A DNA stretch of 64,000 bases, taken from positions 4,716-68,715 of the forward strand of contig JBKDZN010000057.1 of NCBI GenBank assembly GCA_047971245.1, in the 5' to 3' direction. How positions within the stretch are numbered: the stretch's first letter is position 1; each line of letters begins with the position of its first letter. The notes below the pieces were generated by a model that ran no database searches, was not told the origin of the DNA, and was given only the letters and a program-made list of their open reading frames with translations. Shown here piece by piece: positions 61,674 through 64,000 of the stretch. A program made the position numbers and the translations under genes. The DNA comes from Acidimicrobiales bacterium (lineage in GTDB: Bacteria; Actinomycetota; Acidimicrobiia; Acidimicrobiales; SZUA-35).

Positions 61674-61748
61674 TGCCCCCGGTGGGATTCGAACCCACGA
61701 CCATTGGATTAAAAGTCCACTGCGCTAACCAGGCTGCGCCACGGAGGC
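61674..61748 (-). tRNA. tRNA-Lys (anticodon TTT)
   Basis: Minus strand GCCTCCGTGGCGCAGCCTGGTTAGCGCAGTGGACTTTTAATCCAATGGTCGTGGGTTCGAATCCCACCGGGGGCA. Anticodon loop CTTTTAA. No encoded CCA. Confidence 0.95.
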
Positions 61749-61878
61749 TCCCACAGGCTAGTGGGGTCGTCGACGGTCACCGCTCTGGTTTCGGGGGCTC
61801 CCCCGTTTGTGGGTCGGGTGGATCATCCCGGGTCCCGCCAGGGGTGATGGCGCCGGTGATCTGTCAGAATGTGAACAC

Positions 61879-62943
61879 ATGGCTGGTTCGCCCCTCCGCC
61901 CCGGGCGCCGGTGGCGGCGCCGGACGATGCCGCTGCTCGCCGTTTTCCTCGTTGTCTCGGCGGGCTGTTCCGACGTCCCCGAACCGGCCGCCTTCGAGGT
62001 GGCCGACGTGCCGGCGGCCTCGAGGGCGGGAGAACCGGTGGCGCCCTCGTCGGGAGAGACACCGGATGTGCCCATCGAGTCGTCGTTCGTGCCCCGCGCC
62101 CCGGACGGCTACGTGCCCGGGGTGGCCTTCGTGTCCGGGGACTCCCTGATGCTGGTGGAGGGCAGCGAAGCCGTGCCGGTGGAGAGCGCCGGCGTGGGCG
62201 TGGTGAGAGCCTTCGACGACCTATTGGGTGGTCTGGTCGTGGAGCACGTGCTGCCCGAGGGCGGTGTGGTCTGGCACCCGTCGGAGGGCGCCGAGCCGGT
62301 GATGGTGGCGCCCGCGCCCGCCCAACTGCTCGACGTGTCCTTCACCAACGGGGAGCCGGTGGCCCGGATCCTCACCGAAGGGAACCGGATCGAGTGGGTC
62401 GGTCTGGTCGAACTCGACCGGGCCACCGTGCTGGAGCTCGACCCGGCCCAGCAGGTGGTGCAGATGTCCTCCGCGGGGGCGCTCAACGCCGTCGCCCTGG
62501 CCGACGAGGGTTGCGGCGCCCTCGAGTTCGTCACCGACGGTGGGGAGGCGGTAACGCCGATCATGGATCCAACCGTCGAGTGCGCCATGCCCCGTTTCCC
62601 CGCTCTCGGTGGGGTGGCGCTCAGCCCGAACGGGCGGGCCGCGGTCTACACCGAGGTCGAGGTCCGCGACGACGGCGTGGAGATCTCGACCGATCTGGTT
62701 GCGGTGGACCTGCGCAGCGGGGTGGTCTTCGCCCGTCGTCGTGTCGGTGGGAGTGGGGTGCGGGTCTCATCATTGGCGTTCGACGGTCGTCGGGTCGCCC
62801 TGGCCCGCCACCAGCCCGATGGTTCCGAGGTCGTCCTGGTGGATCTGGCCATCGGCACCACCACCAACGAGCAGGTCGTGTACCGCGTGGCCGACGTGAA
62901 CTCGGTCCGACAGGTCACGTTCATCCGGCGGCCGCTCGGCTGA
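61879..62943 (+). CDS. Hypothetical lipoprotein (beta-rich, possibly propeller-like)
   Basis: MPLLAVFLVVSAGC lipobox, then repeated short beta-strand/Gly-Asp turns. No family was recognised. The start is ATG 61879 or 61927. Confidence 0.5.
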   Translation: MAGSPLRPGRRWRRRTMPLLAVFLVVSAGCSDVPEPAAFEVADVPAASRAGEPVAPSSGETPDVPIESSFVPRAPDGYVPGVAFVSGDSLMLVEGSEAVPVESAGVGVVRAFDDLLGGLVVEHVLPEGGVVWHPSEGAEPVMVAPAPAQLLDVSFTNGEPVARILTEGNRIEWVGLVELDRATVLELDPAQQVVQMSSAGALNAVALADEGCGALEFVTDGGEAVTPIMDPTVECAMPRFPALGGVALSPNGRAAVYTEVEVRDDGVEISTDLVAVDLRSGVVFARRRVGGSGVRVSSLAFDGRRVALARHQPDGSEVVLVDLAIGTTTNEQVVYRVADVNSVRQVTFIRRPLG

Positions 62944-62947
62944 CGCC

Positions 62948-62979
62948 GGGCTGGTCAGTCCCCTGGGGCTGACCAGCCC
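62948..62979. terminator. Hairpin 5 nt after the lipoprotein stop
   Basis: GGGCTGGTCAG-tcccctgggg-CTGACCAGCCC (11-bp perfect stem). A second hairpin GCCCGGGT-N21-ACCCGGGC at 63009-63045 follows the convergent gene. Confidence 0.5.
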
Positions 62980-63052
62980 AAACGTCGGTCAGGTGGTGAA
63001 CGCCGCAGGCCCGGGTGTGAACCGGTGTCCGGCTCGTACCCGGGCGTTCGGG

Positions 63053-63364
63053 TTACGCCACGGTCCGGTAGGCCTCGGCTCGCTGGGCGCGTACGAGGTT
63101 CCGACGCTTCCACGCTTTCGTCTTCCAGACCTTGAACCGGCGGCGGGCCACCGGCGTCGGGGTCCGCTCCGACGGATCGGCCTTGCGGGAGGTGTGGACC
63201 GGACGGGGGAGCGCGAGATTCTCGGGCTCGTCAAGGGTGGCCAGCTCCACGTGGGCGGCTCGGCGCACTCTCCGGTGTTCCACCTGCCGGGCGTATCGGG
63301 TCGGCTTGTGGACCGACGCCACTCCGGGCTTCCGCAGACGATTCGAACGCGTGCGTTGCGACAT
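63053..63364 (-). CDS. Hypothetical highly basic small protein
   Basis: 103 aa, rich in Arg/Lys (MSQRTRSNRLRKPG...RRRFKVWKTKAWKRRNLVRAQRAEAYR). Preceded by GAGGAAGGGAG. No family was recognised. Confidence 0.5.
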   Translation of the reverse strand: MSQRTRSNRLRKPGVASVHKPTRYARQVEHRRVRRAAHVELATLDEPENLALPRPVHTSRKADPSERTPTPVARRRFKVWKTKAWKRRNLVRAQRAEAYRTVA

Positions 63365-63596
63365 CGCACTCCCTTCCTCGGGAGGCCCGACCCTGTTCGG
63401 TGCCGGACCTTAGGGTGGATGGTGTGCTCACTGATAGTGGCGCAGATCTGTCCCGTTGACCAGAGATATCTGAAATCGCGATAAATCGGTGCGCCAGGCA
63501 GATTGACCGGGCGGAAACGGTCGGATGGCCCGGTACTGGTCGGCGACCGCCGGTGCCACCGACCGGTGATTCCACCGGCGGCTACCGTGGCCGGCC

Positions 63597-63722
63597 GTGG
63601 AACAGGACCGTGCCATGGAACAGGACCGTGCCGTGGAACAGGACCGCGCCGTGGAACAGGACCGCGCCGTGGAACAGGACCGCGCCGTGGGGGAAGACCG
63701 TTCCGTGGGGTACGACCGGGCG
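63597..63722 (+). repeat. 18-nt tandem repeat, 5 near-identical plus 2 degenerate units
   Basis: (g/a)tggaacaggaccg(t/c)gcc units start at 63597, 63615, 63633, 63651 and 63669. Degenerate units start at 63687 and 63705. Confidence 0.9.
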
Positions 63723-63932
63723 TCCCGACCCGCTGGGGATGACCCGGCTACGGCCGCGGCGCTTCCGGCGGCGCGGCCCGGGTCGGTGCCCGATGACGAG
63801 CCCCGCCGCCTGGCCGGTCCGGTGTCGATGGCCCAGCTCGACGGTCTGGCCGCCGAACTCGACGGCATCGACGCGGCCTTGGCCCGCATGGACGCCGCCC
63901 GCACCGGTGATCGGCCGGCCGCCGGTGGGTGA
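63597..63932 (+). CDS. Hypothetical protein beginning with (M/V)EQDRA hexapeptide repeats
   Basis: The ORF is in phase with the 18-nt repeat. The C-terminal part (SMAQLDGLAAELDGIDAALARMDAAR) looks helical. Coding status and start are uncertain. Confidence 0.35.
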   Translation: MEQDRAMEQDRAVEQDRAVEQDRAVEQDRAVGEDRSVGYDRASRPAGDDPATAAALPAARPGSVPDDEPRRLAGPVSMAQLDGLAAELDGIDAALARMDAARTGDRPAAGG

Positions 63933-64000
63933 GCGGCCCCGGCGGGGTGGTCACACCCGGTCCGGCGTGCCCCCGGTGCCCAGATCGGACGGGATCAGCT

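Noticed and set aside
63597-63722. Possible CRISPR array
   Set aside because: The 18-nt units are directly adjacent with no spacers, are much shorter than CRISPR repeats, and stay in one reading frame. No cas genes are nearby. This is a simple tandem repeat.
63951-64000. 3-prime end of a minus-strand CDS entering from the window edge (…LIPSDLGTGGTPDRV*)
   Set aside because: Only 16 codons are visible. High third-position GC is suggestive, but identity and even coding status cannot be supported.

Overview
This is a high-GC actinobacterial chromosome segment, densely coding on both strands. The lineage guess (Acidimicrobiia-like, based on a caa3-type CtaC with a fused cytochrome c domain) is an inference only. 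Nothing was computed: every call rests on reading the ORF translations and the DNA by eye. Gene order is as follows. (1) An ABC importer tail, cobO, a divergent cobB and ChlI/ChlD-type chelatase operon behind a cobalamin riboswitch, and a tRNA-Glu/Asp/Phe cluster. (2) ctaA-clpS-DUF2017, ctaB, and a large cytochrome oxidase operon (ctaC/D/E, subunit IV, ctaG) preceded by three genes that look like cofactor-less paralogs of oxidase subunits. (3) pdxH, an F420/LLM oxidoreductase, ccdA plus a ResA-like thioredoxin, and a WhiB7-like gene with a leader ORF and attenuator-like terminator. (4) Housekeeping genes: acyl-ACP thioesterase, orn, dut, DNA ligase, acyl-ACP desaturase, ilvA, Na/Pi cotransporter with a PhoU-like protein. 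(5) A lower-GC islet encoding a pseudo-caspase-RDD membrane protein, an S1 protease with no signal peptide, and an I78-like inhibitor lipoprotein. (6) A GntR-controlled peptide-type ABC importer fused to a variant Rut-like catabolic cluster, followed by a carbamoylase and diaminopropionate ammonia-lyase pair. (7) An SPFH and NAD-kinase-like operon divergent from an NrtR-like Nudix regulator. (8) A MarR regulator with an ABC exporter. (9) A VapBC module and an HTH remnant next to tRNA-Lys. (10) Repeat-containing small genes. No CRISPR array, rRNA or intact mobile element was seen. Many long ORFs in the track are antisense or out-of-frame artefacts of high GC and were rejected.
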